Shown here: positions 59,560 to 64,000 of the stretch, one piece after another
Layout: every line of letters begins with the position of its first letter
Position numbering within the stretch: the first letter of the stretch is position 1
NCBI GenBank assembly: GCA_965112735.1
Contig: OZ218956.1
Coordinates: 2,418,001 to 2,482,000, forward strand
DNA length: 64,000 nucleotides
Source of the DNA: Phaeosaccion multiseriatum
Taxonomy: Eukaryota > Protista > Ochrophyta, other classes
Reading direction: 5' to 3'
Program-made: the position numbers and the translations under genes
The notes under the pieces: generated by a model
Database searches by the model: none
The model's input: the letters and a program-made list of their open reading frames with translations, nothing else
Told to the model about the DNA's origin: nothing

Positions 59560-60810
59560 GTACCGGCCACGAGGGAGCAGCAGAGCAGCAGAGCAAGCCT
59601 CCTCCCAGCCCCTCCGCCCCTCCCACCGGACCCCCCCCCCCGCCTCCACCGCCCGGCGACCCGGACGCCAATGACGACCAAGACCCCCCCGAGGACGAGG
59701 AAGAGGAGCGCTGCCTGTACAGCCTCGAACCGCTCAACCGCACTCCCACCGCTCCCTTCCACACAGGTAGGGTGGCGCTCAGCACCTCAGCTCAGCACCG
59801 CCCCCCACCCGGTCCACGCGAACAGCATCGCCATCTGCAGCGCCACAGCACCACAGCACCACAGCACCCCACCATCAGCTTCAAGTGCGCTCGGAAACCC
59901 ACGAGGACCTCATCCACCGTCTCCAGCCACGTGGATGTTGCTGCACGCCTTGCCACCCGCCTACAAGACCGGCTCGCGAACTCCCACTTCGCCTACCACG
60001 CGCTCCTATAGGCCCGATCTGCCACATCTGCACCGGAACTCTACCACGGCAGGAGAAGCGATCACTCACCTCTGCGGCCACACCCCACAGCTTCCACCAC
60101 CGATGGTTGGCGGGCAGCATGGCCGACAGGGTGGCCACCCGCGCCCTCCACAACACCTTCACCTCGTCGACCGCCGAGGCCGACTCCGCTGTGTCATCAG
60201 CATCATCGACCAACGCGCCGGAACCGGACCCTGCCCCACCCGCTTCTCCACCCTCGCCGCTGTCGACAATATCAGGACCCACTTCACCCAACCAGCTCGC
60301 TACTAGACGCATCACACCGGCCCAGCACGCCCAGCTCGCACAGGCCCTGACACCATCACCACAACCGTGGCCCACCACCAGGGACACCCCCCCCCCCGGA
60401 GGAGGGCCAATGGCGGCACAAGGCCCCCCTGCAGAGGCGGCGGTACAAGGCGCGGGCGCTGAGGCCCTCCCTCTTCCCCAATGGACCATCGACCACCCGG
60501 CCATCCAGGCATCGACGCTCCTAGACCTCCGCGGACATGTCTTGCCCCCTGTCAAGAAGGCCTGCAAACGCCACACCTTCGCGACCTTCTACCTCCACAT
60601 CACCCGGCAACTCGTCATCGCCCTCCGCGCGGTCAGGGAGCCGGCCGCCCCAGATGACATCTCGACCACCGTCCGGCCGGGCATGGACTGACTTCCGCCA
60701 CCTTCTCGTGACACTCCGCTTCGGCCATGCCCCCAAGCATTCACGCGAGCAGATGGCCGCTGCTGTCCTCGAACTTGACGTCGAAGAGCACGTGCGCCGC
60801 ATCGTCACGC
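59560..60810 (+). pseudogene. Frameshifted 5' fragment of a related CRE-like retrotransposon (Cys/His-rich N-terminus plus pre-RT region)
   Basis: WTIDHPAIQASTLLDLRGHVL and AWTDFRHLLVTLRF..SREQMAAAVLELDV resemble WPMQHPNVLRLGALDPQGTIL and AWDVFHHLLPAMLF..SRQQRIQMVLDLDI of the 34-37 kb ORF; several frameshifts; no RT. Confidence 0.65.
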
Positions 60811-61269
60811 ACCCACCCACACACTCAATAACTCACTCACTCAGTCATTCACCCGCTCTCTCACTTACGCATGCACACATGTCACTCCCTCCCTCACACA
60901 CACACACATACTCACGTACACTCACTCACTCGCGTACGTACGTACGTACGCACACACACAAAAGTCACGCACCCCCACTCACTCATGTACTTACGCGCTC
61001 CGTGATCCACGTCTTTAAGTTAATGACTTAATGAAGAGGGAGGGAAGAAAAAGGAAATGTAAAAAGGCCGAGTCTGATGTCTTTATAATGCAGGGCAGAG
61101 GCAGCTCTTCTGTCTCTCGATGTGGACTCTTCTCACTCCACAGACCTACAGTATGCAATACAGACTACGAAACACGTCCCGCTAGCCGAGTAGCCTGGCT
61201 GATCCATCACAAGAAGAGCAGTCACAAGAAGAGGAGTCGAGCAACGGCAGCGTTTCTCGACCGGCAAGC

Positions 61270-61300
<31 letters not shown>

Positions 61301-61329
61301 ACAGACACAGGTCAGCTTGCTTTGGGCAA

Positions 61330-63636
<2,307 letters not shown>

Positions 63637-63734
63637 TGGGGTGGAGCGGACGGGAGGAACGAGGGAGCAATTTCTTGCGTGAGAATGGCAAGGCCAAGCG
63701 AATGGTGAACGGTGATCACACGCATGCGCATGCT

Positions 63735-63939
63735 CACTCACACGCGTGCGCACACACATCATACACAAGCGCACGCACGTACACACACGCACACACACGC
63801 ACACACGCACACACGCATACACAGATGCACATACATACACGCACGCATACACACACGCACACACGCACACACGCACGCACAGATACGCGCACACACACGC
63901 ACACACACACACACGCACACACACACGCACACACACACA

Positions 63940-64000
<61 letters not shown>
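63735..64000. repeat. (CA)n/(CACG)n microsatellite
   Basis: Directly visible. Confidence 0.9.

Overview
Eukaryotic, GC-rich, intron-rich DNA packed with simple repeats. It most likely comes from a flagellated photosynthetic stramenopile: there is an ASAF-type plastid-targeting motif, a RIB43A-like gene and a TTLL glutamylase-like gene. Most long ORFs in the track are artefacts of simple repeats. Splicing exons by hand at GT/GC-AG sites gives these genes: TTLL tubulin glutamylase-like (-, runs off the left edge), HS3ST-like sulfotransferase (+), four-KH FUBP/SF1-like RNA-binding protein (+), an apparently catalytically degenerate phosphagen kinase (-), eukaryotic SfsA-like nuclease (+), HELQ/POLQ-type helicase (-), DOMON protein (+), plastid-targeted metallophosphoesterase (-), an uncharacterised membrane protein (+), RIB43A-like (-) and a partial unknown gene (-). 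Between about 29.1 and 38.3 kb lies a mobile-DNA-rich island. It holds two tandem, intronless paralogues encoding a Cys-rich N-terminal domain plus about 7 TM helices, several small TIR elements that start TCG(G/A)C, and a CRE-type RT/RLE non-LTR retrotransposon. The 5' junction of that retrotransposon carries a pseudoknot-like segment next to a long (GGGA)n array. A decayed 5' portion of a related element lies at about 59.5-60.8 kb. Exon boundaries were read by eye and may be off by a few nucleotides.
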